From positions 1 through 50,069 of the forward strand of contig JBMFOQ010000002.1 in the NCBI GenBank assembly GCA_049969555.1: a stretch of 50,069 bases of DNA. The letters are read 5' to 3'. The stretch is from Minisyncoccia bacterium (lineage in GTDB: Bacteria; Patescibacteriota; Minisyncoccia; UBA6257). The notes under the pieces are model-generated. The model ran no database searches. It was given only the letters and a program-made list of their open reading frames with translations, and was not told the origin of the DNA. The position numbers were made by a program, and so were the translations under genes. This document shows, piece after piece, positions 28,118 through 37,515 of this stretch. Numbering within the stretch: position 1 is the first letter of the stretch; each line of letters begins with the position of its first letter.

Positions 28118-29359
28118 TTAATATAGTTTAAAAATTTGTATTACCCTCTTATATTTTACCACTCTTTCGGGTGTTTGTGGAGCCCCGGCTTTTAAACCAA
28201 AAGCTTTAGTAGCAACTGCTAAATCAGCAATAAAATCATCCATTGTTTCGGCGCTACGATGAGAAATTATTGTCTTAATTCCCTTTCTTTGAGCCAAACC
28301 AATAGTTTCTAAAGTTTCGGTGATGGTGCCAATTTGTGTTGGTTTTATTATAACTGCCCCAAGAGAATTTTTTTCTATGGCTTTATGGAGTATTTCTTTA
28401 TTTGTTACAGTTAAATCGTCGCCAATAATTAAAGTCCTCTCCCCTATTTTTTTATTTAACTCGCCAAAACTCTCAAAATCATTTTCTTCAAATGGGTCTT
28501 CAATGGAAAAAAGATGATAGAAATCTGAAAGATACTGGTAAATTTCTAATAATTCTGAATTAGTTAAAGATAACCCCGGAGCTAAATGATAATTTTTTTC
28601 TTCAGGACGATAGAAAGAAGAAGCAGCGATATCCAAGCCAAAAGCAATATCTATCTCTAATCTATTTTTATTTTTCATTTCATTTTTGATTTGCTCAAAA
28701 ATTTTAAGTGGCTGTTCGTAATCGTTTTCTGGCAAAAGCGCTCCTCCTTCATCGCCGGTTTGACATTGAGCGTATCTCTGAGTGATATATATTTTAAGAT
28801 TTTGAAAGAATTCTGTTGCGGTGACTAATGACTGGTAAGGGTTATTGGTTAAAGGAATAATAAGGTATTCTTGGATATAAGGACCATAAGGAGCATGTTG
28901 CCCGCCATTTAAAATATTGAAGAAAAAATAAGGCGCTTTTTTATTTTTAGATAAATTTTGTTCAAGGGAAGGATTGAGAATAAAAAATTCTTCTTCTAAA
29001 ATTTGCCAAAGTTCTTTCTGCTTCAACTGAGCTAATAGTTTGGCAAAGGCTTGAGATAAAACTAAAGTTAAATTTCCCCCTAAATTTTGTTTGTTTAAAG
29101 TGCCGTCTAGATTAATTAAAAATTTGTCAAAATCAAATAAAGAGCTAAAAGAATGGTTAAGAATTTGAAATTTAATTTTTTCGAAATTTAGTAAAACTTT
29201 ATCAATTGGCGCTAAAAAAACCTCTTTCTCTCCCCTACTTTTTCCTTTGGGGATACTAGAAGTAGCCGTAAAATTTCCGCTTTTAATTGTTGCTTGCAAG
29301 GTATTTTCATTTCGCGAATCCTTTATAATTTCTAATTTAATTTCTTCAATTTTTACCAT
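28118..29359 (-). CDS. eno: Enolase
   Basis: DSR, NGGQH, GDEGG, GLDIAAS, SIEDPF, GDDL, KPTQIGT and SHRSAET motifs. Confidence 0.92.
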   Translation of the reverse strand: MVKIEEIKLEIIKDSRNENTLQATIKSGNFTATSSIPKGKSRGEKEVFLAPIDKVLLNFEKIKFQILNHSFSSLFDFDKFLINLDGTLNKQNLGGNLTLVLSQAFAKLLAQLKQKELWQILEEEFFILNPSLEQNLSKNKKAPYFFFNILNGGQHAPYGPYIQEYLIIPLTNNPYQSLVTATEFFQNLKIYITQRYAQCQTGDEGGALLPENDYEQPLKIFEQIKNEMKNKNRLEIDIAFGLDIAASSFYRPEEKNYHLAPGLSLTNSELLEIYQYLSDFYHLFSIEDPFEENDFESFGELNKKIGERTLIIGDDLTVTNKEILHKAIEKNSLGAVIIKPTQIGTITETLETIGLAQRKGIKTIISHRSAETMDDFIADLAVATKAFGLKAGAPQTPERVVKYKRVIQIFKLY

Positions 29360-31727
29360 AATTATTAAAATCTTTTTTTGAGAGATAAAGAATGGTTTTT
29401 ATGACAGTATCAGGATTTAAGGAAATGGCGGTAATTCCTTCTTTTACGAGAAAATTAGCAAATTCTTTATAATCACTCGGTGCTTGGCCACAAATTCCCA
29501 CATATTTTTTTCTTTTTCTGCAAACCCGAATAATTTCTTTAATCATCTTTTTTACGGCTTCATTGTTTTCGTTGCCAATTTTAGCTAAGTCAGCATTATC
29601 GCGGTCAATACCCAAAACCAATTGGGTTAAATCATTTGAACCAATACTCATTCCATCAAAAATATCCAAGAACTCGTTAATAAGTAGGGCATTAGAAGGA
29701 ATCTCTGCCATCACATAAATTTTTGTTTCCGGTAAATATTTTTTTATAATTTCTTTTACTAATTTCCCTTCTTTTAATGTCCGGCAGAACGGTACCATCA
29801 CACTGATATTTGTTAAACCAAACTTTTCAATTGCTCTTTTCATTGCCAAGCATTCCATTTCAAAGGCTGGTTTGTATCTTTTGTCATAATAACGAGAAGC
29901 ACCGCGCCAACCCAGCATTGGATTTTCTTCTTCTGGCTCAAACAATTCTCCGCCGATTAATTGACGATATTCATTTGTTTTAAAATCAGAAAACCTAACG
30001 ATAACTTCTTTTGGATAAAAAGCAGCGGCAATTTGGGCAATTCCCTCGGCTAATTCTTTGATGAAGTATTCTTTTTTATCTTGATGTTCAATGGTAATTT
30101 TTTCGATTAGTCTTTTGAGCTTTTTATCTTTTAAAGATTTATAATGATAAAGAGCCAAAGGATGCACTTTAATTTTTTCCGCAATAATAAATTCTTCTCT
30201 GGCTAAACCTACGCCATCATTTGGGATAAAGGAAGTTTGAAAAGCAATATCTGGGGCGCCAATGTTAATTGATATTTTTGTTTTTAAATCAGGAATTTTT
30301 TCTAGTTCGTAAGTTTTTATTTTAAAAGGTACTCTTCCCTGATAAACCTTTCCTTCTGCGCCTGAACTACAATCAACGGTAATTTCCCTTCCTGTTTTTA
30401 ATAACTTTGTTGCTTTTTTTGTACCAACAACGCAAGGAATCCCCAATTCCCTAGAGATGATTGCCGCATGGCAAGTTTTTCCTCCTTCGTCAGTGATAAT
30501 CGCCGAAGCCAAAGGCATTGCTGAAGTCCAATCAGGATCAGTCATTTTTGTCACTAAAACTTCGCCTTTTTTAAGTTTTGGTAATTCTTTTATAGATTTT
30601 ATTACTCTGGCTTTACCATAACCAACCTTGCTGCCTATAGCAATTCCCAAAAGGATAGGTTTCTTTTTAGTTTGAACAATATACTCTTTGTACACATTAC
30701 TATCCTCTCTTGAATGAACAGTTTCAGGTCTTGCTTGAACAATAAATAATTGGCCAGTTTTGCCATCTTTTGCCCATTCAATATCTTGGGGCGTCCATTT
30801 TTTGTTTTTCGTTGAATAATGATTTTCAATCATTACCCCCCAGTTTGCTAAAGTTAAAATTTCTTCATCAGATAAAGAAAATTTATATTGCTTATTTAAA
30901 GAAACAGCAACCTCTTTTATTCCTCCTTTTGGATTATAAATATATTTGATAGTTTTTCTTCCTAAATCTTTTCTAATAATTGCTTTAAAACCTTTTAGAA
31001 GGGTTGGTTTAAACACAATAAATTCATCGGGGGTAATTTTCCCTTTAACAATTAATTCCCCTAAGCCATAAATTCCGTTGATAACAATTACATCTTTAAA
31101 TCCTGTTTCGGTGTCTAAAGTAAACATTACTCCGGAGCTCCCTAAATCAGAACGAACCATTTTTTGCACGCCGGTTGAAATTGCCACTTTTAAATGGTCA
31201 AAGCCCTTTTCTATTCGATAAGTAATTGCCCGGTCTAAAAATAAAGAAGCATAACTTTTTTTAACTGCTTCAAGAAGTTGTTTTTCCCCTCGGATATTTA
31301 AATATGTCTCATGTTGACCTGCAAAAGAGGCGGAGGGTAAATCTTCGGCGGTGGCAGAAGAGCGAACCGCCACATCAACATTTTCTTCTTTGTATTCTTT
31401 TGAAAGGCTTTTATAGGCCTTGATTATTTCTTTTTCTAATTTTTTAGGAAGAGGAGTTTTTAGGATTAAATTTCTAATTTGTTTACCTGCTTTTTGAAGT
31501 TCTTTGATATATTTTAAATTAGTAGTGGCTAAGATATTTTTAATTTCATTGTAAATTCCACCCTCTTTTAAAAAATCAAAATAAGCCTGGGCTGTGATAG
31601 CAAAACCATTAGGGATATTAATCCCCTTTTTAGAAAGAGCGCGAATCATTTCGCCCAAAGAAGCGTTTTTTCCTCCTACCAGAGGAACATCTTTAATACT
31701 GATATCTTTAAACCATTTAATATACAT
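29346..31727 (-). CDS. ppsA: Phosphoenolpyruvate synthase
   Basis: VGGKNASLGEM, VAVRSSATAED, TCHAAIISRE (phospho-His), GSNDLTQ and GICGQ motifs. Confidence 0.96.
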   Translation of the reverse strand: MYIKWFKDISIKDVPLVGGKNASLGEMIRALSKKGINIPNGFAITAQAYFDFLKEGGIYNEIKNILATTNLKYIKELQKAGKQIRNLILKTPLPKKLEKEIIKAYKSLSKEYKEENVDVAVRSSATAEDLPSASFAGQHETYLNIRGEKQLLEAVKKSYASLFLDRAITYRIEKGFDHLKVAISTGVQKMVRSDLGSSGVMFTLDTETGFKDVIVINGIYGLGELIVKGKITPDEFIVFKPTLLKGFKAIIRKDLGRKTIKYIYNPKGGIKEVAVSLNKQYKFSLSDEEILTLANWGVMIENHYSTKNKKWTPQDIEWAKDGKTGQLFIVQARPETVHSREDSNVYKEYIVQTKKKPILLGIAIGSKVGYGKARVIKSIKELPKLKKGEVLVTKMTDPDWTSAMPLASAIITDEGGKTCHAAIISRELGIPCVVGTKKATKLLKTGREITVDCSSGAEGKVYQGRVPFKIKTYELEKIPDLKTKISINIGAPDIAFQTSFIPNDGVGLAREEFIIAEKIKVHPLALYHYKSLKDKKLKRLIEKITIEHQDKKEYFIKELAEGIAQIAAAFYPKEVIVRFSDFKTNEYRQLIGGELFEPEEENPMLGWRGASRYYDKRYKPAFEMECLAMKRAIEKFGLTNISVMVPFCRTLKEGKLVKEIIKKYLPETKIYVMAEIPSNALLINEFLDIFDGMSIGSNDLTQLVLGIDRDNADLAKIGNENNEAVKKMIKEIIRVCRKRKKYVGICGQAPSDYKEFANFLVKEGITAISLNPDTVIKTILYLSKKDFNNYGKN

Positions 31728-31801
31728 ATTTTTTAATTTGGAATTTTTAATTTTATAATTTTAGAATTTTTAATTTTATAATTTTTTAACCAAGTTTCCA
31801 G

Positions 31802-31835
31802 TTATTTTTTCTCTACGATCGTGTGGAAAAAATAA
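31802..31835. promoter_or_regulatory. 34-bp imperfect palindrome, copy 1 (13-8-13, core ACGATCGT)
   Basis: TTATTTTTTCTCT-ACGATCGT-GTGGAAAAAATAA. Confidence 0.55.
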
Positions 31836-31879
31836 AAATTTGGAATTTGAAATTTATTTTCCATAATTCTTAATTCATT

Positions 31880-33643
31880 CTACTCTTCTATCTTTTTAAA
31901 GAACTTTAATAATTGTTCCAATGGCCAACTATTGATAATATCTTCTTTTTTTGCCCAGCCCCTTCTTGCTTGGGCAATGCCAAATTTCATAAATTTTAAT
32001 TGGTCAATGTGGTGGGAATCAGTATTTATTACTAATTTTACCCCAAAATCAATCGCTTTTCTAATGTTTTTATCATTTAAATCTAATCTATCAGGAAAAG
32101 AATTTATTTCTAAAGCCACTTTATACTCTTTGGCGACTCGAAGAATTTTGTCAAAATCTATTAGATATTCATCCCGGCGATTTATTAATCTTCCGGTTGG
32201 ATGAGAAATTATATCAACATTAGGATTTTTAATTGCTTTTATTATTCTTTCGGTCATTTCTTCCTTTGACATTTTCATATTGGAATGAATTCCAGCAATC
32301 ACATAATCAAGTTTAGCCAAAACTTTATCATCGATATCCAATTTCCCGTCATTTAAGATATTTGCCTCGCAGCCATGGAGAAAACGGAATTTTAAATTTT
32401 GATTTTTGAATTTGGAATTTATTTTTTGTATTTCTTTATGTTGGGCTAAAAGTTGTTTTTCATCCAATCCGTGTTCGATCCTTAAAAATTTAGTGTGGTC
32501 AGAAATTCCCATATACTCATACCCCAGAAGCATTGCTGATTTGGCGATTTCTTCAATGGGATTTGCTCCACCATCCCAATTAGAATGGCAATGCAAATCT
32601 CCTTTGATATCATTATAGCCAATTATTTTTGGTAATTGATTTTTTAAAGCCAATTCGATTTCACCAGTATCCTCTCTCATTTCCGGTTCAATATAAGCCA
32701 TTTTTAGCGCCCTATAGATTCCTTCTTCGTCTTTTCCAGCTATTCTTTTCCACTTTCCTTTAATTTTTTTAAACAAGCCATATTCATTTAGTTTCATCCC
32801 TTTTTCAATAGCAATTTTTCTTAAAATAATATTATGCTCTTTTGAGCCAGTAAAATATTGTAAAGCAGAACCAAATTCATAGTCCTCTACCACTCGCAAA
32901 TCAGCATCAATTCCCTTTTCAAATCTTACTGATGATTTTTTAAATCCATAATCCCAGATTTTTATTATGCCATCTAAATTTATAAAAGCATCCATTATTT
33001 TTTTTGCCCCATCTTTTGCTGATTTTTTGATAGTCACCAATAAATCAATATCGCCAATTGTTTCTTTCATTCTCCTTAAAGAACCACAGGCAATAATTTT
33101 TTCCACTTCCTTTAATTCTTTTAATTTTTCAATAATTTCTTCTGCTAAATAATAAGCATCTCCTAAAAGAAATCTTCCCGAAGAACGTTTTAAAAAATTA
33201 ATCGCTTCCAAAATATTTTTTTCGCTTTTTTCGCCAAAACCCTCCAGTTTTCTAATTTTGTGCTTTTCGGCTGCTTTTTCTAAATCTTTTAAATTTTTAA
33301 TTTTCAATTTTTGATATAAAGTTTTAATAGTTTTTGGACCGATTCCTTCAACTTTTATTATCTCCTCTACCTCCACCGGATATTTTTTCTCATATTTTTC
33401 CAGTTCTTTGATTTTCCCTGTTTTGATAAATTCTTCAATTTTGTCTGCTATCCCCTCGCCAATTGAAGGAATTTTTCTTAAGCCTTCTCTTTTTTCTTTT
33501 TGATATATCTCGGAAATATCTTTATCTAAAGATTGAATAATTAAACTCGCCTTTTCATAAGCCTGAGGTTTAAAAGGAATTCCCTCCATCTCTAAAAAAA
33601 ACGCCAGTTTTGCAAATAATTTAGAGAGAGAATCGTTTATCAT
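31880..33643 (-). CDS. polX: DNA polymerase X with PHP domain
   Basis: GSLRRMKETIGDIDLL, YFTGSKEHN, DLHCHS, SDH, HPTGR and NTDSH motifs. Confidence 0.93.
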   Translation of the reverse strand: MINDSLSKLFAKLAFFLEMEGIPFKPQAYEKASLIIQSLDKDISEIYQKEKREGLRKIPSIGEGIADKIEEFIKTGKIKELEKYEKKYPVEVEEIIKVEGIGPKTIKTLYQKLKIKNLKDLEKAAEKHKIRKLEGFGEKSEKNILEAINFLKRSSGRFLLGDAYYLAEEIIEKLKELKEVEKIIACGSLRRMKETIGDIDLLVTIKKSAKDGAKKIMDAFINLDGIIKIWDYGFKKSSVRFEKGIDADLRVVEDYEFGSALQYFTGSKEHNIILRKIAIEKGMKLNEYGLFKKIKGKWKRIAGKDEEGIYRALKMAYIEPEMREDTGEIELALKNQLPKIIGYNDIKGDLHCHSNWDGGANPIEEIAKSAMLLGYEYMGISDHTKFLRIEHGLDEKQLLAQHKEIQKINSKFKNQNLKFRFLHGCEANILNDGKLDIDDKVLAKLDYVIAGIHSNMKMSKEEMTERIIKAIKNPNVDIISHPTGRLINRRDEYLIDFDKILRVAKEYKVALEINSFPDRLDLNDKNIRKAIDFGVKLVINTDSHHIDQLKFMKFGIAQARRGWAKKEDIINSWPLEQLLKFFKKIEE

Positions 33644-34487
33644 TGTTAGTATAACTTAATAATAAATTCGCTTCTTTTTGAAGGGTTTCAATTTCTTCTT
33701 GTTTTAAGCCGATTTTTAAAAGTTTTTTGGCACATTCTTTTCCAATTATGTCTTTAACCAGCATTAAATGATAATTGGCCAAATGTGTCAAAATATGTTC
33801 ATTAATCGAGGGCAAAATAGTAATGGGATAGAGTTTTTCTGACTCAATAAGATATTCTAATCCTCTTAACTCTGGATAACGCCAGCCGATTAAATCAATT
33901 TTATAACACTGGGCATATTGGATAACCTGAGAAGTAAATTTGGTATTAGTTATAAGCATTGTTCGAAGTTTGAGTTTTTTCATTAAATCTGTTTTAAAGA
34001 AGTCGCCATTTTTAATATCAAGGAATCTCGCATAATTTGCTAAAGCAATTTTTAAATCAACACGATTACCCGCTAAAGAATGGTACTTGCATTCGCCAAT
34101 AATCAATTGTTTTTCTTTTTTTGCCAAAAAATCAATTTCATAATTACTGATACATTTGCCATTAACAAATTGATGAAGCAAGACATTGAATCCTAAAGTT
34201 CTAAAAATCGCCCCAATATATTTTTCAAAGGGAAAACCGCTTGGTCCTAAGCGCCTAATCGCTTCTTTTAAAGAATAACGCATTCCGTAAACTGGTTCTT
34301 CTTTAAGCAAGGCCTCGCGAATTTTTTGATAAATTTCTTTAGTGGTAATTCCCGGATAGGCCTCTTGTTGAATTTTTTTAGCAATATTTCTTGCTAATGG
34401 TTTAGATGCCCCGACTCTTTGAGCGCTAATATAAATTTTTTTAAAAGAAAAAGGTTCTTGTTGTCCCTGGCTATTGATTACATACAT
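33621..34487 (-). CDS. ATP-cone domain fused to an Mrr-like PD-(D/E)XK endonuclease
   Basis: N-terminal VINSQGQQEPFSFKKI...ITTKEI (ATP cone); GFPFEKY, EIDF...ECKYH and ITNTKFT. Confidence 0.8.
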   Translation of the reverse strand: MYVINSQGQQEPFSFKKIYISAQRVGASKPLARNIAKKIQQEAYPGITTKEIYQKIREALLKEEPVYGMRYSLKEAIRRLGPSGFPFEKYIGAIFRTLGFNVLLHQFVNGKCISNYEIDFLAKKEKQLIIGECKYHSLAGNRVDLKIALANYARFLDIKNGDFFKTDLMKKLKLRTMLITNTKFTSQVIQYAQCYKIDLIGWRYPELRGLEYLIESEKLYPITILPSINEHILTHLANYHLMLVKDIIGKECAKKLLKIGLKQEEIETLQKEANLLLSYTNNDKRFSL

Positions 34488-34534
34488 AAGTTTAATTTTA
34501 GAATTTATAATTTAGAATTTGGAAAATCTTAAAG

Positions 34535-34568
34535 TTATTTTCTTTAAACGATCGTGAAGAAAAAATAA
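34535..34568. promoter_or_regulatory. 34-bp imperfect palindrome, copy 2 (13-8-13, core ACGATCGT)
   Basis: TTATTTTCTTTAA-ACGATCGT-GAAGAAAAAATAA. Confidence 0.55.
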
Positions 34569-34580
34569 GTGGGAGGTGTT

Positions 34581-34967
34581 TTAACTTTTTGGTTTTAATT
34601 TTTGAAGTTCTTCTTCGGTAAAACCAAGATGATGACCAATTTCATGCCATAAAGTGTTTCTAATCACTTTTTTAATATTTTCAATTTCCCCTCCCGAAAT
34701 CTTCTCGATATTTTTTTGAAAAAGAGAAATTTTATCTGGCAAGGCGCGGTTATAATAACCTCTTTTATTCTGCGGCACTCCTTCATAAAGCCCCAAAAGA
34801 AAGGCATTTCTTAAATATCCTCCTTGTTTTAATTGGTATTTATCCGGTTCTTCTTGAACAACAATAGCGACATTTTTTAGTTTTTCTAAAAATTTTGAAG
34901 GAAGATTTTTTGTTACCTCTATTACTAATTTTTCAAAATCCTCTTTTAACATATTTTGATAACACAA
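34581..34967 (-). CDS. Minimal zincin metallopeptidase (Zincin_1-like)
   Basis: LLGLYEGVP, PDKISLF and HEIGHHLG motifs. Confidence 0.85.
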   Translation of the reverse strand: MCYQNMLKEDFEKLVIEVTKNLPSKFLEKLKNVAIVVQEEPDKYQLKQGGYLRNAFLLGLYEGVPQNKRGYYNRALPDKISLFQKNIEKISGGEIENIKKVIRNTLWHEIGHHLGFTEEELQKLKPKS

Positions 34968-35310
34968 ATATTATATAATAAATTTTTCTTTTAATAAAGC
35001 AATTAAATGATAACAAAGGGCCCTATGATTCTCTTTTTTAGTTTTTATAGGAAAGCGGAAGAAGAAAAGATGACCAGTACTAGCCAAGATGGTTACAATA
35101 ATAATACTTCATTTTTTCTTTTGTTAAAGAGAGATTCAAAAATAAAAAATTGGCGCTTTAAATTGCCAATTTTAAAAAAATTACTTTGAAGAGAGAAAAA
35201 ATTTATTTTACTAATTGACCCTCTGCGGGGCTCAAAGGAAAAATAATCTTCCTTTGAAAATCCTCTTTCTAAAATGCCTTAAATTCGGCATATTTCCCTT
35301 TTGTTTCTTT

Positions 35311-35367
35311 AAAAAATGCACCCATAGGGTCCCCACCGTTTTCAATAGATTCCCTAAGGGTGCATTT
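35311..35367 (-). ncRNA. Putative ~55-nt single-hairpin small RNA
   Basis: TTGACT-17-TAAACT (TG-extended) promoter at 35398-35370; hairpin with minus-strand G-U pairs ending in a U6 tract. Confidence 0.5.
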
Positions 35368-35404
35368 CCAGTTTAGCAAATAAATTTTTAAAAGTCAAGT
35401 CTCT

Positions 35405-35779
35405 TCAAGTATAGCTTATAAGAATTTCTTCTAAAATATCTTGAGGAACAGGAATTGGTTCCCCGCGTTTAGAAACTCCTGGATATTTCCAGGCGCTAAT
35501 AATTATAATTTTTCTTTTTTTAATTTGTTTGGAATTTTTGGATTTGGGATTTGAATTTTGAGATTTTATTTGGTACATCACCCAAATTTCATAAGGGTGT
35601 TTTTTTGAGCCGGCTGGTTGCATTGAGGCAATTGTTTCTGGAACAATTCCTTTCTCAGTTCTTTTTGGAAATTTTAAAACCCTTTTTATTTTGCTTTTTG
35701 ACAATCTATAAAATGCCATTTTTTCTTGTGAATGTTTTGTCCATAAGATATATTTACTTGAGTCAATTGTAAAAATCAC
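35405..35779 (-). CDS. Hypothetical protein, possibly DUF4258/RelE-like fold
   Basis: WTKHSQEKM...EIWVMYQ...IIISAWKYPG pattern; the fold call is tentative. Confidence 0.6.
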   Translation of the reverse strand: MIFTIDSSKYILWTKHSQEKMAFYRLSKSKIKRVLKFPKRTEKGIVPETIASMQPAGSKKHPYEIWVMYQIKSQNSNPKSKNSKQIKKRKIIIISAWKYPGVSKRGEPIPVPQDILEEILISYT

Positions 35780-35818
35780 TGTTAATAATTATTTTTTATT
35801 TTTTAATTTTTTTGAATT

Positions 35819-36103
35819 TTATTTTTTAATTTCAAATTTTTGGCAATTTTGAAGGGTTATATTTTCTTCTTTTATTTCTTCTATGTTTTGTTTATAGAGT
35901 AATTTAAGATAATTAATCAAAGCTTTTATATTTTTTTCTTCTCCTTGGGCAATAACCGTAACAGTGCCTTCTGAGTCATTTTGTACCCAGCCAGTTAGTT
36001 TTAATTTTCGGGCAAAACGCCAAGTGTTAAAACGAAAACCTACTCCTTGGACGTTTCCAGAAAATATTATTTTTTTTGTTTTGATATTGATATCCATAGT
36101 CAT
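35819..36103 (-). CDS. acyP: Acylphosphatase
   Basis: GNVQGVGFR and GWVQN motifs. Confidence 0.92.
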   Translation of the reverse strand: MTMDINIKTKKIIFSGNVQGVGFRFNTWRFARKLKLTGWVQNDSEGTVTVIAQGEEKNIKALINYLKLLYKQNIEEIKEENITLQNCQKFEIKK

Positions 36104-36122
36104 AATAAATTACAAATTTTTG

Positions 36123-37139
36123 TTAGCGATGTTTAATTATTACTACATCTCCGTCTTGAACTATATAATCTTTTCCTTCGATTTTGACTAATCCTTTTTC
36201 TCGTGCTTTGTGCCAATCCCCTATTTCCAATAATTTTTGCCAGTTAATCACTTCGGCTTTTATAAACTTTTCTTGAAAATCAGAATGAATCATTCCTGCG
36301 GCCTCTATCATTTTTGTTCCTTTGGGGATTGGCCAGGCGTGCGCTTCGCTTGTTCCCACAATTGTGAAAAAACTAATTAGATTTAAAATTTCATAGGCCT
36401 TTTTGATTAAATCGCTCAAATCTGGATTTTGACTTAAATCTGCCACAAAATACTCCCCTTTTATTTGTTTAATTTTTTCAATAACTTCTTGGGGTATTTG
36501 TTTGGCTAAAGAATTTGTATTTAATAAATAAATTTGCTTTTTACTAGTTAAAAGATTTAAATCTTTTACCCCCGGCTCTTTTAGAAATTCATCAGCAAAA
36601 ACCGAAAAAAAAAGATTTCCTTTTTCTAATTCATTTTTAATTTGGGTTAAAATTTCTAATTCTTTTTGGGCCTCTTTTTGCCCTGTTTTTGCTTCTTTTT
36701 GAATTTTATTTATTCTTTTATTTAATGTTTCTAAATCTTTTAAAATTAGTTCGGTATTAATAATTTCAATGTCCCGCAAAGGGTTCACTTCGCCTTCTAA
36801 ATGAACTACTGATGGGTCCTCAAAACATCTAACCACCTGAATAAGGGCATTAGTTTCTCTAATCTGCGCTAAAAATTGGTTGCCCAAACCTTCGCCCTTG
36901 TTGGCATTTTTAACTAAACCCGCAATGTCGTAAAATTCAACTACTGCTGGTAGAATTTTTTCTGGTTTAGAAAGCTGGGCTACCTTATCTAATCTTTCGT
37001 CTTTAACTGGTACGACGGCGACATTTGGGTCAATAGTGGTAAAGGGATAGTTTTGAATATTAACCTCTTGCTTGGTTAAAAGCTTAAAAAGAGTGGATTT
37101 TCCTACATTTGGCAAACCAATAATTCCTAAAGAGAGCAT
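36123..37139 (-). CDS. ychF: Obg-family ATPase YchF
   Basis: GIIGLPNVGKST, NYPFTTIDPN, DIAGLV, GEGLGNQFL and EGKDYIVQDGD motifs. Confidence 0.95.
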   Translation of the reverse strand: MLSLGIIGLPNVGKSTLFKLLTKQEVNIQNYPFTTIDPNVAVVPVKDERLDKVAQLSKPEKILPAVVEFYDIAGLVKNANKGEGLGNQFLAQIRETNALIQVVRCFEDPSVVHLEGEVNPLRDIEIINTELILKDLETLNKRINKIQKEAKTGQKEAQKELEILTQIKNELEKGNLFFSVFADEFLKEPGVKDLNLLTSKKQIYLLNTNSLAKQIPQEVIEKIKQIKGEYFVADLSQNPDLSDLIKKAYEILNLISFFTIVGTSEAHAWPIPKGTKMIEAAGMIHSDFQEKFIKAEVINWQKLLEIGDWHKAREKGLVKIEGKDYIVQDGDVVIIKHR

Positions 37140-37175
37140 AATTTTTTTTATTTTCCTTTCCTCTCATTATAAACT

Positions 37176-37206
37176 AAAAACCCGCTCTTTTAAAGAGCGA
37201 GTTTTT
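37176..37206 (-). terminator. Intrinsic terminator after the RRM gene
   Basis: AAAAACCCGCTCTTT-T-AAAGAGCGAGTTTTT hairpin with flanking A/T tracts. Confidence 0.75.
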
Positions 37207-37224
37207 GATAGAAAGCTTTGAAGT

Positions 37225-37515
37225 TTATCTTTCAAATCTTCTATGGAATCTTCTCGGAGGTCTTTCTTTCAAAGGTCTTGCTTCGGAAACAACAATTGTT
37301 CTTCCGTCTAATTCTTTGCCATTAAACATTTCAATAGCTTTTTGGGCTTCTTCTTCTGTTGACATATCAACAAAACCAAAACCCTTTGAACGGCCGGAGA
37401 ATTTGTCGGTAATAATCGTTGCCGAAGTCACTGTTCCTGCCCGAGAGAAAGTATCTTTTAGTCCCTCTTCAGTCGTGTCATAAGAAAGACTTCCAACGTA
37501 TAGTCGAGTATTCAT
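37225..37515 (-). CDS. RRM-domain RNA-binding protein
   Basis: RNP2 LYVGSL and RNP1 KGFGFVDM; Arg-rich tail. Confidence 0.93.
   Translation of the reverse strand: MNTRLYVGSLSYDTTEEGLKDTFSRAGTVTSATIITDKFSGRSKGFGFVDMSTEEEAQKAIEMFNGKELDGRTIVVSEARPLKERPPRRFHRRFER

Noticed and set aside
28118-29359. Enolase pseudogene (divergent PKGKSRG loop)
   Set aside because: The ORF is full length and the catalytic and metal-binding motifs are intact.
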